From positions 55,205-119,204 of the forward strand of contig JACOSV010000084.1 of NCBI GenBank assembly GCA_016178725.1: a stretch of DNA of 64,000 nt, written 5' to 3'. This document shows positions 32,319 through 44,418 of the stretch, piece by piece. Both the position numbers and the translations under genes were made by a program. Each line of letters starts with the position of its first letter. Within the stretch, counting starts at the first letter, position 1. This stretch comes from Candidatus Eiseniibacteriota bacterium (lineage in GTDB: Bacteria > Eisenbacteria > RBG-16-71-46). The notes beneath the pieces were generated by a model. It was not told where the DNA came from, did not search any database, and was given only the letters and a program-made list of their open reading frames with translations.

Positions 32319-34169
32319 TCAGCGCACGGGCGGCGCGTCCGCGCGGGCGTAGACGCGGAAGCCGCCGCGCTCGAACACCGGCACGAATGGCGGCTCGGGC
32401 CCGCCGCCCGCCATCATGCGGACGACGACGCGGTTCGCGTCGGCGCCGCGCAAGGGCCGGTGCATGGCGATCGTCTCCGCGATCGGATCGCGCGCGGCCA
32501 TGGCGATGCCGTAGAGGGACCAGCTCGGCGGCACGACCACCCGCCGCACGCCGTTGCGTTCGCACAGGGCGGCGAGCGAATCGGGCGTCAGCGCGAGCAG
32601 CGCCCGGGCGGCGTCCAGGATGTGCGCCTGATTGACCGGGCTCTCGAGCAGCCCGTCGCAGAACGCCGGCGAGGTGGCGTCGCGTTCGATCTCGTAGCCC
32701 CGCTCCCACGGTGCGAGCACCGGTGAGCCGTCGGCGTGTGCGCGCAGATAGTCGAGCGTCGCGGCCCATTCGGGCTGGCGCTCGGTCGTGAGCGCGGACG
32801 CCGTCCGATACGAATCCGTAGCCGCCAGCGCGACGCACGGGACGAGCGCCACGATCGCGATCCGGCCGATGGTACCCGGCCGCCGCGCGAACGCCGCGGC
32901 CGCCGCGCCGATCAGCACCGCGACGGGCGGAGCGAGCAGGATGCGGTTGCGATTGGCGAGCAGCGTGAGCAGCGCCAGGGCCAGCGTCACGCCGACCGTG
33001 CACAGCACGGCCGGCTCCGCGGCGCCGAGCCACGCGCGCCGGCGCTCGCGCGCCGCGATCCAGAGCGCGGCCGGCGCGGCGACCAGCCACCAGGCGAGCC
33101 ACGAGAACGCCGCGGGACCCGCGAGGGCCGCGGGCGGCAGCGGCTGGAGCTCGCGCACCGTGAGCAGGACGCCGGTCATGGGCTCGGCGGCGCGCACGAC
33201 GCCGAACGCGAGCCACGCGCGCAGCCGCAGCAGGCGGCCGAGCGTCTCGTAGTCCCCTCCCCTCGCGAGCGCGGCGCCGATCGCCGCCGCGACGATGATC
33301 GCGCCGAGGACGATCGCGCCGCGCACCGCCGGGCGCGAACGTTCGCTGCGCAGCGCCGGGGCGTGGAGCGCGGCCGCGACCGCGATCACCGCCAGCGTCG
33401 AGGGCGCGAGGACGTGCAGCTGCCGGCGCAGGTACTCGAGCCCGAGGCACGCGACGACGAGCGCGACCGCCGTGGCGAGCAGCCACGCGCGCCACGCCGG
33501 CGCCGGCGGGCGGACGCAGGCGAGGATCGCGGCGATCAGCGCCACGATCGGCGGCAGGATGAGCGGCACGCGCCACACGGCGAGCGCGAGGAGCAACGCG
33601 AGGGCCGAGAGCGCGGCGAGGCCGCGGGCGCGGGCCGGGGACGCCGCCGCGACCGCCGCCACGCCGAGCATCAGATACGTGGTCGCGAGCAGTGTCCCCG
33701 GCGCGTCGTAGCGGAGCATGGGGCCGGTCGTGAGGTCGACGTGCGCGGGCAGGACGACCGCGATCAGCGCCGCGAGTGCCGCGCTCCATGGACCGGCGCG
33801 CAGCGCGCGCGCGCCGAACCACACCGGGATCGCGATCAGCGCCCCGGCGAGTGCTGTGAACCCGCGCAACGCGCGGTCGAGATCGAAGCCCGCGATCGCG
33901 CGGGCCGCGCGCGCCCAGAGCGCGGCCGCCTGGTAGAGGCCGAGCGGCAGGAAGCGGCCGAGATCGCGGCCGAGCGGCGGATCGGCGAGACGGTCGGGTT
34001 GGGGCAGCCGCCCCGCGGCGACGCGCGTGGCGATCAGCCGTTCGTGTCCGGCGGCATCGAGCGTGAACGCGTTGCCGGCGGGCGGCGCGAGGCGCAGCTG
34101 GAGCCCCAGCGCCGGGACCAGCAGGAACGCGGCGAGGCGCGGCGCCCAGCGGCCGAGGCGGCTGCGCAT
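32319..34169 (-). CDS. STT3/PglB/AglB-like GT-C membrane glycosyltransferase, divergent
   Basis: About 12-13 TM helices; D..H.R...G..P..D....P.G loop, TVRELQP (TIXE-like), VLAPWERGY in the WWDYG position, followed by DG. Confidence 0.72.
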   Translation of the reverse strand: MRSRLGRWAPRLAAFLLVPALGLQLRLAPPAGNAFTLDAAGHERLIATRVAAGRLPQPDRLADPPLGRDLGRFLPLGLYQAAALWARAARAIAGFDLDRALRGFTALAGALIAIPVWFGARALRAGPWSAALAALIAVVLPAHVDLTTGPMLRYDAPGTLLATTYLMLGVAAVAAASPARARGLAALSALALLLALAVWRVPLILPPIVALIAAILACVRPPAPAWRAWLLATAVALVVACLGLEYLRRQLHVLAPSTLAVIAVAAALHAPALRSERSRPAVRGAIVLGAIIVAAAIGAALARGGDYETLGRLLRLRAWLAFGVVRAAEPMTGVLLTVRELQPLPPAALAGPAAFSWLAWWLVAAPAALWIAARERRRAWLGAAEPAVLCTVGVTLALALLTLLANRNRILLAPPVAVLIGAAAAAFARRPGTIGRIAIVALVPCVALAATDSYRTASALTTERQPEWAATLDYLRAHADGSPVLAPWERGYEIERDATSPAFCDGLLESPVNQAHILDAARALLALTPDSLAALCERNGVRRVVVPPSWSLYGIAMAARDPIAETIAMHRPLRGADANRVVVRMMAGGGPEPPFVPVFERGGFRVYARADAPPVR

Positions 34170-34175
34170 CGCGCG

Positions 34176-35261
34176 CTAGAACGCGCCGGAAACGACCCGC
34201 GTCGCCTGCTCGAGCACCGCGACCGCGTCGGCGCGCCCGCCCTTCCACGCCGCCTCGGCGCGGTAGAGCGCATCGAGCGCGTGCGCGAGGGCGCGCGGCG
34301 CGAGCCGCGCGCGCAGCGCCTGACTCAAGCCGCGGTCGCGCGCCCACCCGCCGAGCGCGCCGCCGACCAGGTTCGCGAGCGCGAACAGGATCGCGCCCTC
34401 GGACACGCCGGCGGCGAGCAGCCGGCCGAGGCGCTGGCCCGCGGCGGTCGCGTCGCCCGCCGCCACCGCGGCGAGGTAGGCGGGGATGTCGGCGCCGACC
34501 ACCGGTCGCAGGATCGCGGCGACGTCGCTCGGTGCGAGCCGGCCCTCGGGGCCCGCCCACGCCGCGAGCTTCTCCAGCTCATCGAAGAACGCGACGGCGT
34601 CGCCCTCGCAGGCGTCCACCACCGCCTCCATCGTCGCGGGCGCGAGCGTGATCCGTTCGCGCCGCATGCGCCGCGCGCCCCACGCCATGAGCTGCGAACG
34701 CCCGGGCGCCGTCGCCTCGCAGCGCACGCTGCACGCGCCGCGCAGCGGCTCGAGCGACTTGCGCGGCGTCTCGCCCTCGGATTCGATCAGCACGAGGCAT
34801 GCGCCGCCGGTCGGCCGCAGCACGCCCTCGGCGAGCGCGGTGATGCGCTTCTCGCTGCGCGTCAGGTCCTCGACCTCGAACAGGAACAGCAGCTCGCGCT
34901 GCGCGAACAGGGATCCGCCGTGGTAGGCGGCGAGCACCTCATCGACGCCGATCTCGCCGACGCGGAACACGCGCGCGAGCGGCGCATCGGGCACGGCCCG
35001 CGCCCAGGCGCGGCGGATCTCGGCGAGCAGCGCCGCCTTCACGCCCTCGTCCGGGCCCTCGAGGTAGAGCGCCGCCGGGAACTCGCCGCGCTCGATCGCG
35101 TCGAGCAGCTGGTCGGGCGCGAGGCGACGGCTGCGCACCGGGATCGCGCGCGCGCGCGGCGCGGCGCCGGTCGACGCGCCGCCCGCCGGATCGCTACCAG
35201 CCCTGGACCGAGCGGGCGACGATCTCTTCGGCGAGCTTGTTGATGGCGTCTTTCCGGCCAT
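34176..35261 (-). CDS. holA: DNA polymerase III delta subunit
   Basis: LYLEGPD, GSLFA, ELEKL; lptE-holA-leuS neighbourhood; start uncertain. Confidence 0.85.
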   Translation of the reverse strand: MAGKTPSTSSPKRSSPARSRAGSDPAGGASTGAAPRARAIPVRSRRLAPDQLLDAIERGEFPAALYLEGPDEGVKAALLAEIRRAWARAVPDAPLARVFRVGEIGVDEVLAAYHGGSLFAQRELLFLFEVEDLTRSEKRITALAEGVLRPTGGACLVLIESEGETPRKSLEPLRGACSVRCEATAPGRSQLMAWGARRMRRERITLAPATMEAVVDACEGDAVAFFDELEKLAAWAGPEGRLAPSDVAAILRPVVGADIPAYLAAVAAGDATAAGQRLGRLLAAGVSEGAILFALANLVGGALGGWARDRGLSQALRARLAPRALAHALDALYRAEAAWKGGRADAVAVLEQATRVVSGAF

Positions 35262-35715
35262 CGAGCTCCGTCTTCGCCGGCGATCCCGGCGTGTCGACGA
35301 CGTAGTAGTTGGCGGTCTTGACCATGTGCTCCTCGGTCCAGAGCTCGCGGTTCTTCACCTGATCCTTGAACACCACGGCGCACTCGATCGTGACACGATA
35401 CTCCTGCGCCTGCGCCGCCTGACTGAAGCCGAAGACGGCGTTCTTGTACAGGTTGATCCGCCCCTTGATCACGGCGTCCGCCGAGTGCTCGTCGACGATC
35501 TTGAGGTGGTTGTCGGCGACGAACCGGGCGATCACCGCATCGGTCACGTCACGCTCGAGCGTGTACTCGGTCGTGCCGTTCTCGAACACCGGGATCGCGA
35601 GCGTCTTGAGGTGGGACGGCAGGAGCGCCGTGCTGGTCGTGTAGGCGCACCCGCAGGCCGCCAGCGTCACGGCCACCGCCGCGACGCCTGCCAGACCGCC
35701 TCGAAGCGAACGCGT
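35194..35715 (-). CDS. lptE: LptE-family lipoprotein (start probably ACG 35715; first standard start is GTG 35676)
   Basis: Lipobox ACGC/AY, LPSHLKTLAIPVFENGT, terminal W; upstream of holA. Confidence 0.85.
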   Translation of the reverse strand, partial: TRSLRGGLAGVAAVAVTLAACGCAYTTSTALLPSHLKTLAIPVFENGTTEYTLERDVTDAVIARFVADNHLKIVDEHSADAVIKGRINLYKNAVFGFSQAAQAQEYRVTIECAVVFKDQVKNRELWTEEHMVKTANYYVVDTPGSPAKTELDGRKDAINKLAEEIVARSVQGW

Positions 35716-35721
35716 GAGCGC

Positions 35722-37175
<1,454 letters not shown>

Positions 37176-37179
<4 letters not shown>

Positions 37180-39125
37180 GGGGTCCCTCCATTGGATTCC
37201 ATCGGCAGCTCGACGACGAACGTCGTGCCGCATCCGGGTTCGCTCTGTACGGTGAGTGCGCCGCCGTGGCGCTTGACGATGTCGTGGCAGATGTAGAGGC
37301 CGAGCCCGGTGCCTCCCTGGCGCGTGGTGAAGAAGGGCTCGAAGACGGTCTTCAGGTGTTCGGGGCTGATGCCGCTGCCGCGGTCCTCGATTCGCGCCAC
37401 GACGCCGGCGCTCCACGCGCCGGGACCGCGGCCGGGGTGGGCGCGGCGCCCGGCCGGCGGCGTCGGCGCGAGCGTCACGCGGATCGCGCCGCCCTCGGGC
37501 GAGGCCTCGCCGGCGTTCTTGATCAGGTTGATGAACACCTGCTGCATCTGATCGGCGTCGTGCGGCACCGGCGGCGTGTACGGCGCGCACTCGACGCTCA
37601 CCGTCAGCTGGCGCGCGGCGAGCGTCGCCTCGAGCGAGTGCGCGGCGCGGCGCACCGCGTCCTCGAGCGGCTGGGCGCGCAGCGCGAGCCCGCGCGGGTG
37701 CGTGATGTCGAAGAGGTCCTGGACGATGCGGTCGAGGCGGCGGATCTCGCTCAGGATGAATCCCAGGTTCTCGCGCTGCGGCCCGTCGGCCACCGAGCGG
37801 TCGAGGTACTGGACGCCGGCCGCGATGCCGGTGAGCGGGTTGCGGATCTCATGCGCGACGCTCGACGTGAAGCGCCCGAGCGCGGCGAGCCGGTCCTGGC
37901 GGCGCGCGTGCTCCTCGGCGCGCTTGAGCGGCGTCAGGTCCACGAACGTGGCGATCGCGCCGTAGACCGCGCGGCGCTCGTTGCGCAGCAGCGACGTCGT
38001 GAGGCTCACCGGCACCGGCACACCGTCGCGGGCGCGCAGCATGGTCTCCTCGCGGAGGCTCTCGCGCCCGCGCTCGAGTGTCGCGCGCAGGATCGCGTCT
38101 CCCTCTTCGCCGAAGAAGCGCCCGAACGGCTGCCCGGTCACGTCCGCCTCGGCGAAGCCGAGCAGCGACTCGGCCGCGCGGTTGAAGGTCAGGATCTCGC
38201 CCTGCATGTTCACCGCGACCAGCGCGCTCGCCATGCTGTCGAGCACGTGCATGCGGAAGCGCTCGCTCTGGCGCAGGTCCTGGTAGAGGCGGGCGTTCTC
38301 GACCACCGGCGCGACCGAGAGCGCGATCGATTCGAGCAGCGTCACGTCGGTCGCGCTCAGCGGCGGGGCGCTCGCCGGCCGCGCCATGCCGATGACGCCG
38401 AGGATCGGCATGAGCTCGCAGCCGAGGCAGTGGCGCTGGCGCTCCTCGCGTTCGATCGCCCAGCTCTCGGCCGCGGCGCCGGGCGGCGGCGCGACTGCGC
38501 TCGCGTCGCCGAGCACGCAGCGCGCGCCGCACAGCTCGCGCGTCTCGGCGATCGGCGCCTGGCTGCGCTGGAGCGGCACCGTGGCGAGCGAGCCGAGCTC
38601 CGCGAACACCTCCTGCAGCGGATGGCCCTCGGGGAGCTGGGCGACCAGATGCCGCTGCGGGTCGTGGAGGTGGACGGTGCGATTGAGCCAGACGCTGCGC
38701 GCGAGCGCGCCCGGGTCGCCGGCGAGCGGCAGGTCGAGCGCGTGGCTGTGCTCGCGCCCGCCGTCGCCGCGCGTCCATGTCCCGTTGAGCCGCATGCGGT
38801 CGCGGTCGACGAGCAGCAGGAACGCGTCCTCGAAGCCGAACGCGCGGTGCAGGTAGCGCGTGACGGTGTGGGTGGTCTCGCCGCTGTCGAGCGACGTCAC
38901 CATGCGGTTCGCGACCTCGCGCAGCGAGACGAGCTGCACGTTGGTCTCGATCAGGCGCCGGTGGCTGCGCTCCAGCTCCTCGACCAGCTCCGACACGGTA
39001 CGCAGCAGCGCCGCGGTGTCGTCCGGCTCGATCGCCGTCGGCACCTCGGAGCGCTCCGCCAGGCCGCGCACTTCGTCCACCCGGCGCAGCAGCGCGCGCA
39101 GGGCGGCGCGTTGTTCGTGGGACAT
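37176..39125 (-). CDS. Cytoplasmic GAF-PAS sensor histidine kinase
   Basis: HEIRNPL, NLIKNA, DRGSG, FFTT, GTGLGL; no TM segment. Confidence 0.95.
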
Positions 39126-39225
39126 TCGGGCACTGTCCGCGCCGGGAAAGGGGTGGTCCGGCGCGTGGTGATGCGTGGATCGGGCGCGCGTCGCGTCAGG
39201 GCGGATCGGCGGCGCGCGCCGGCGT

Positions 39226-40359
39226 TCAGTGCGAGTCCGTGAATTCCCTCACCGTGGCGGCGACGTAGCGAATCTGCTCCTCCGTGAGCTCCGGGTAGAT
39301 CGGCAGCGCCAGGGTCTCACGCGCGGCGGCTTCCGCCTGCGGCATGTCCCCTTCGCCGTAGCCGAGTGTCGCAAAGCACTGCTGCCGATGGAGCGGCACC
39401 GGGTAGTAGACCTCGGTGCCGATCCCGCGCTCGCCGAGATGCTGGCGCAGCGCGTCGCGGCCGGCGACGCGGATGACGTACTGGTTGTAGATGTGGCGCC
39501 CGCGCGGATCGCGGTACGGCCGGCCGACGCGCGCGCCCTCGAACAGCTGGTCGTAGAGCGCGGCGTTGCGCGCCCGCGCCTCGCTCCAGCGGTCGAGGTG
39601 CTTGAGCTTGACGCGCAGGATCGCCGCCTGAACCGCGTCGAGCCGCGAGTTGGTGCCGACCAGCGCGTGGTAGTACTTGGGCCGGGCGCCGTGCTCGCGC
39701 AGCAGCCGCACGCGGTCCGCGAGCGCGGCGTCCTGCGCGGTCACCATGCCGCCGTCGCCGGCGGCGCCCAGGTTCTTGGACGGGAAGAACGAGAAGCAGC
39801 CGAGATCGCCGACCGATCCGGCGCGCCGTCCCTCCCACTCCGAGCCGATCGCCTGCGCGGCGTCCTCGATCAGCCACACGTTGCGCTTCTCGCACACGGC
39901 CGAGATGGCGGTGAGATCGCTGCACTGGCCGTAGAGGTGCACGGCGATCACCGCCTTGGTGCGCGGCGTGATCGCGGCCTCGAGCCGGTGCGCGTCCATG
40001 TTGTAGCTCGCGGGATCGATGTCCACGAACACCGGCGTCGCGCCGGCGTTGACCACGGCGCCGGCGCTGGCGAAGAACGAGTACGCGCCGGTCACGACCT
40101 CGTCGCCCGGGCCGACGTCGAGCGCGCGCAGGGCGAGCAGTAGGGCGTCGGTGCCCGACGCGCAGCCGATCGCGTGCGCGCACTGCGAGTAGCGCGCGAC
40201 CTCCTCCTCGAGCCCGCTCACCTCGGGGCCGCCGATGAAGCGCGCGCTGTCGAGCACGCGGTGCACGGCGGCGTCCATCTCGGTCTTGATGTCGGCGTAC
40301 TGGGCCTTGAGGTCCAGGAGCGGCACGGTCATCGCCGCCTTGACGGTCATCGCTGCCAC
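39226..40359 (-). CDS. DegT/DnrJ/EryC1/StrS aminotransferase (WbpE-like)
   Basis: SGTDAL, EDAAQA, FSFFPSKNLG..GDGG, NSRLD. Confidence 0.95.
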   Translation of the reverse strand: MAAMTVKAAMTVPLLDLKAQYADIKTEMDAAVHRVLDSARFIGGPEVSGLEEEVARYSQCAHAIGCASGTDALLLALRALDVGPGDEVVTGAYSFFASAGAVVNAGATPVFVDIDPASYNMDAHRLEAAITPRTKAVIAVHLYGQCSDLTAISAVCEKRNVWLIEDAAQAIGSEWEGRRAGSVGDLGCFSFFPSKNLGAAGDGGMVTAQDAALADRVRLLREHGARPKYYHALVGTNSRLDAVQAAILRVKLKHLDRWSEARARNAALYDQLFEGARVGRPYRDPRGRHIYNQYVIRVAGRDALRQHLGERGIGTEVYYPVPLHRQQCFATLGYGEGDMPQAEAAARETLALPIYPELTEEQIRYVAATVREFTDSH

Positions 40360-40381
40360 GGTGTCGCCCTCCCGATGTCGA

Positions 40382-41140
40382 TCATGCGTCGCTCCAGCCC
40401 TGGCTCTCGAGCAGCTGCTCGGCCGGTACGGCGCGCAACGGCCGGGCCGGCGAGCCCATCACGATCGTGCGCGCCGGCACGTCGCGGGTCACGACCGAGC
40501 CGGCCGCGACCAGCCCGTCCTCGCCGATCACGACGCCGGGCAGGATCACCGAACCGGCGCCGATCCGGCCGCCCTTCTTCACCGTGACGCCCTTGAAGTG
40601 CTTGAAGCGTTCGGCGGTGCGCCCGACGTAGTTGTCGTTCGAGGTCACGACGCCGGGGGCCACGAACACGCGGTCCTCGAGCGTCGAGTAGGCGGTGATG
40701 TAGCACTCGCTCTCGAGCTTGCAGTAGCGGCCGACGGAGCAGAAGTTCTCGACCGTGACGCCGCGGCCGACGATCGTGCCGCGGCCGATCGTGACGTTCT
40801 CGCGCACGGTGCACAGGTCGGCCATCAGCACCTTGCCGTCGATCGAAGCGCCGCGGTAGAGCACGACGCCGGTGCCGACGATGCACAGGTCGCCGACGAC
40901 GAGCGGCGGCAGCTCCTGCTCCTTCGTCGTCGCCGAGTTCGCGGCGCGCATCGGCGACTTGCCCAGCGTCGCGTGATCGTCGATGCGCACGTCGCTGCCG
41001 ATCACGGTGTCGTCGTGGATCACCACGTGGTGCCCGATCCGGCAGCGCGCGCCCGTGCGGACGCCCGCGCCGACGACGCAACCCTCGCCCAGGGTCGTGC
41101 CCTCGCCGAGTGCCGCGCTCGCGTGGATCGCCGGGCTCAT
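40382..41140 (-). CDS. Hexapeptide-repeat N-acetyltransferase (WbpD-like)
   Basis: Left-handed beta-helix repeats, VAAGSVVTRDVP..GSPAR; ATGA overlap. Confidence 0.9.
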   Translation of the reverse strand: MSPAIHASAALGEGTTLGEGCVVGAGVRTGARCRIGHHVVIHDDTVIGSDVRIDDHATLGKSPMRAANSATTKEQELPPLVVGDLCIVGTGVVLYRGASIDGKVLMADLCTVRENVTIGRGTIVGRGVTVENFCSVGRYCKLESECYITAYSTLEDRVFVAPGVVTSNDNYVGRTAERFKHFKGVTVKKGGRIGAGSVILPGVVIGEDGLVAAGSVVTRDVPARTIVMGSPARPLRAVPAEQLLESQGWSDA

Positions 41141-42174
41141 CGCGCCGCCGCCGTCTCGGCCGCGAGCGCGACCGGCGCCCCGCCCAGCTCGAGCGAGCGC
41201 TGCGCCGCGGCCAGCACGCGCACGACGCGCAGTCCGTCCGCGCCGTCGGTGAGCGGCGCCTTGTGGTCGCGCACGCACTCGACGAAGTGCTGGCACTCGA
41301 GCCTGAGCGGCTCCTGGAGCGAGATCTTCGGGATCAGGATGTCGCCGCTGCGGATGCTCAACGCATCGCCGTAGGAGACGATCTGTCCCGCGCGATCCAC
41401 GCCCTTGTCGTAGACGCGGATCTTCTCGCTCGCCTCCATGTCGTCGAAGACCACCATCTTCTGGCGGCCGACGACGGTGAACTTGCGCAGCTTGTGCGGG
41501 TCGAGCCACGAGACGTGCACGTGCGCCATCCGCCCGTCGGCGAAGCGCAGGTGCAGGAAGACGACGTCCTCGACCTCGCCCTGGAGGAACGCGGCGCCGC
41601 GCGCCGCGACGTCCACCGGCTCCATCTCGAGGAGGTGGAGGATGACCGAAAGATCGTGCGGCGCGAAGCTCCACAGCGCGTTCTCGTCGCGGCGCACCTT
41701 GCCGAGGTTCACGCGCTGCGAATAGATGTAGAGGATGTCGCCGAGGTCGCCGCGGCGCACCATCTCCTTCAGGTGGCGCACGCCCGGGTGATAGAGGAGC
41801 AGGTGGCCGACCATCAGGATCCGGTCGCGCTCGCGGGCGAGGCGCACCAGCTCCTCGGCGTCGCCGACCGTGAGCGCCAGCGGCTTCTCGACGTACACGT
41901 CCTTGCCGGCTTCGAGCAGCGCCTTCGCGATCGGATGGTGCTGGATCGCCGAGGCGGCGACCACCACGCCGCGCACGTCGGGGGCCGCCGCGATCTCCTC
42001 GAGGCGCGTCGTGGTGCGGGCGCCGGGCGCCTGCGCCGCCGCGCGCGCGAGCCGCGCCGGATCGGTGTCGCACAGCGCCGCGAGGCGGCTGCCCGGGAGC
42101 GCGGCGAAGTTGCGCACCAGATTGGCGCCCCAGTCGCCGGTCCCGACCACCGCGATGCCGACCGTCTCCCCCAC
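41137..42174 (-). CDS. Gfo/Idh/MocA oxidoreductase (WbpB-like)
   Basis: GTGDWG, VEKP, MVGH, FAPHD; GGAGG SD. Confidence 0.93.
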   Translation of the reverse strand: MGETVGIAVVGTGDWGANLVRNFAALPGSRLAALCDTDPARLARAAAQAPGARTTTRLEEIAAAPDVRGVVVAASAIQHHPIAKALLEAGKDVYVEKPLALTVGDAEELVRLARERDRILMVGHLLLYHPGVRHLKEMVRRGDLGDILYIYSQRVNLGKVRRDENALWSFAPHDLSVILHLLEMEPVDVAARGAAFLQGEVEDVVFLHLRFADGRMAHVHVSWLDPHKLRKFTVVGRQKMVVFDDMEASEKIRVYDKGVDRAGQIVSYGDALSIRSGDILIPKISLQEPLRLECQHFVECVRDHKAPLTDGADGLRVVRVLAAAQRSLELGGAPVALAAETAAAR

Positions 42175-42191
42175 CCGCTTCGCCTCCCTGT

Positions 42192-42227
42192 GAAATGAAG
42201 AACCCGGACGCGCCTCGTGCGTCCGGG
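42192..42227 (-). terminator. Probable intrinsic terminator after the GGDEF gene
   Basis: CCCGGACGC-N7-GCGTCCGGG stem followed by TTCTTCATTTC on minus strand. Confidence 0.55.
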
Positions 42228-42274
42228 GCCGGGCAGTCTATCAGCGGCCTTCGCGGACGGTCAACGCTCCGTGG

Positions 42275-43282
42275 TCAGGCCGCACGCCTCACGTACGGCC
42301 CGACCTGATTCCGTCCATTCTGCTTCGCGAGGTAGAGCGCGCGATCCGCCGATTCGATCAGCGCGCTCGTCGTCTGTCCGTTCTCGGGGAACGCCGCGAT
42401 CCCGATGCTCACCGTGATCTGCCCGGGGTGCGCGAGCGGGAACGTGTGGCCCTCGACGCCGGCCCGCAGGCGCTCGGCGGCGCTCGTCGCGCCGTCGGCG
42501 TCGGTCTGGGGCAGGATCACGGTGAACTCGTCGCCGCCGTACTTGGCGACGAGATCCCACGAGCGCACGTGGCGCGCGAACAGTCCTGCCATCTCGCGCA
42601 GCAGAAAGCTGCCGCGCAGATGCCCGTGTCGGTCGTTATACGCTTTGAGATTGTCGACGTCGATCATCAGCAGCGCGAGATCCTGATGGTAGCGGCCGGC
42701 GCGTTTGATCTCGCGCCGCAGCGCGCTCTTGAGGAACCGGTAGTTGTAGACCTGCGTCAGGTCGTCGGTGACCGCGAGCTTCTCCACGTTCTGGGCGAGG
42801 CGCAGGTTCTCGAGCGCCATCGACGCCCAGGCGCCGAGCAGCGTCAGCAGACGCACGTCCTCGCCGTCGTACTTCGCGGCGCCGCGCTTGCGCAGCACGG
42901 CGAGGTAGCCGGGCGACTGGTCGCGCAGCTTGAGCGGGACGAAGAGCGCCGGTCCCGCGTCGAGACCGGGACAGTGATCGTCCGGGCCGGTGCGTCCGCC
43001 TTCGTTCACGTCGGCGAGCACCACCGCCTTGCCGTAGAGCATCATCGGCCGCGACGTGCCGCGCGCCTCCGGAGCGATCGGGCCCTCGGGCTCGGGCTGG
43101 TCGCGGCGCATCGCGAAGCGCTCGGGCTGGCGTCCGGGTGAAAGCATGACGACGCTGCCGTCGCTCTCGCACAGCGCGAGCGCGCAGCGCAGCACGGTCG
43201 CCAGCAGCTCGGGGCGCGAACGCGCCGCCGCGCGGCCGGAGAGATCCAGCAGCGACTCGAGGATCTTCTCGCGCGAGAGCAT
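42275..43282 (-). CDS. GAF-GGDEF diguanylate cyclase
   Basis: TDDLT, DVDNLKAYND, RSWD I-site, YGGDEF; AAGGAAG SD. Confidence 0.93.
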   Translation of the reverse strand: MLSREKILESLLDLSGRAAARSRPELLATVLRCALALCESDGSVVMLSPGRQPERFAMRRDQPEPEGPIAPEARGTSRPMMLYGKAVVLADVNEGGRTGPDDHCPGLDAGPALFVPLKLRDQSPGYLAVLRKRGAAKYDGEDVRLLTLLGAWASMALENLRLAQNVEKLAVTDDLTQVYNYRFLKSALRREIKRAGRYHQDLALLMIDVDNLKAYNDRHGHLRGSFLLREMAGLFARHVRSWDLVAKYGGDEFTVILPQTDADGATSAAERLRAGVEGHTFPLAHPGQITVSIGIAAFPENGQTTSALIESADRALYLAKQNGRNQVGPYVRRAA

Positions 43283-43326
43283 GGTCCAATTCTTCCTTTG
43301 AGAACGTGTGATTCCGCCCAAGACGC

Positions 43327-43343
43327 TGCAATGCTAATGCCAA
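43327..43343 (-). promoter_or_regulatory. Sigma54 (-24/-12) promoter upstream of the GGDEF gene
   Basis: TTGGCATTAGCATTGCA with exact GG-N10-GC spacing. Confidence 0.78.
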
Positions 43344-43357
43344 GTCCCGGAGCGGGT

Positions 43358-44404
43358 TCAGCCCCGCGGGGCGGGTCCGCGGAGTCGCGTGAGGAGCGCG
43401 ACCGAGCGCACCGCGAATCCGATCGCGCCGCCGGCCAGGAGCCACCAGGCGATGCGTCGCTGCCAATCGGCCAACGGCAAGTCCGGACCGGAGTTGATGA
43501 ATGCGCGGAGCCCCCAGACGAGGGCCGCGGTGAGCGCGATCGAGAGCCCGAGCTGAACGCCGGTCCACGCCCGCCACTCCGCGGCCGCCGGGCCTCCGCC
43601 GCTGGGGAGGTTCACCCCGGAGCGGCGTGCGACGCGTGCGTTCTGCACGATTCCGGGTTCCGCGGGCGCAACATTCTGGTCGCCCCCCGGCGCGAGACGT
43701 GCCACCCAGAGATGGGTCGCGCCGAACATGAACCGCCGGTGCGCCACGCGCGCGAACCCCGCCCGCTCGAGCGCCGCTTCGAACTCCGGGCCCGGTCCGA
43801 ACGCGAAGATCGAGCGGCTCAAGTACGCGTAGGCCGAGGCGTCGCGCGAGATCCTGCCGGCGAGCGGAACGACGCGCCGCAGGTAGAGCCGATGGAGCGG
43901 CGCGAACGGACCGGGCGCGGGTGCCGCCGCCTCGAGCACCGCGAGCGTGCCGCCCGAGCGCAGCACGCGCGCGAGCTCGGCGAGCGCGTCGGCGAGCGGA
44001 CGCATGTTGCGGATGCCGAAGGCGATCGTCACGCCGTCGAGCGAATCGTCGCGAAGCGGCAGGCGAAAGCCGTCGGCGCACACGAGCCGCGGCGCCCATC
44101 CGGTCGGCTCCATGCGCGCGGCCGCGACCGCGAGCATGCCGAGGCTCACGTCGGCGCCGATGACCAGCCGGCCGGGGCGCCGCAGGCCGCCGAGCGAGAC
44201 GCCGCTCCCGGTGCAGAGATCGAGCACCGTGTGCGCGTCCTCGGGCACGGCGCGCGCGAGGGCCGCGCGCCAGGTCCGGTCCTGGCCGAGCGACAGGACA
44301 CCGTTGAGGAGGTCGTAGCGGCCCGAGACCTCGTCGAACATGCCGCCGATCTCGCGCGTGGCGCGCGGGGCGAAGCGATCGGGATCAGGCGGTGGGGTCG
44401 TCAT
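43358..44404 (-). CDS. ubiE: UbiE/MenG-family methyltransferase with C-terminal membrane extension
   Basis: MFDEVSGRYDLLN..LSLGQD..WR, LDLCTGSG, FGIRN, AYAYL..SI. Confidence 0.88.
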   Translation of the reverse strand: MTTPPPDPDRFAPRATREIGGMFDEVSGRYDLLNGVLSLGQDRTWRAALARAVPEDAHTVLDLCTGSGVSLGGLRRPGRLVIGADVSLGMLAVAAARMEPTGWAPRLVCADGFRLPLRDDSLDGVTIAFGIRNMRPLADALAELARVLRSGGTLAVLEAAAPAPGPFAPLHRLYLRRVVPLAGRISRDASAYAYLSRSIFAFGPGPEFEAALERAGFARVAHRRFMFGATHLWVARLAPGGDQNVAPAEPGIVQNARVARRSGVNLPSGGGPAAAEWRAWTGVQLGLSIALTAALVWGLRAFINSGPDLPLADWQRRIAWWLLAGGAIGFAVRSVALLTRLRGPAPRG

Positions 44405-44418
44405 GCCCGGGATGGGAT

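Noticed and set aside
29803..34560. 1585-aa ORF suggesting a giant LeuS fusion
   Set aside because: The first ~765 aa are an Arg/Ala/Pro-rich shadow frame over holA and the STT3-like gene; LeuS homology starts at ATG 32262
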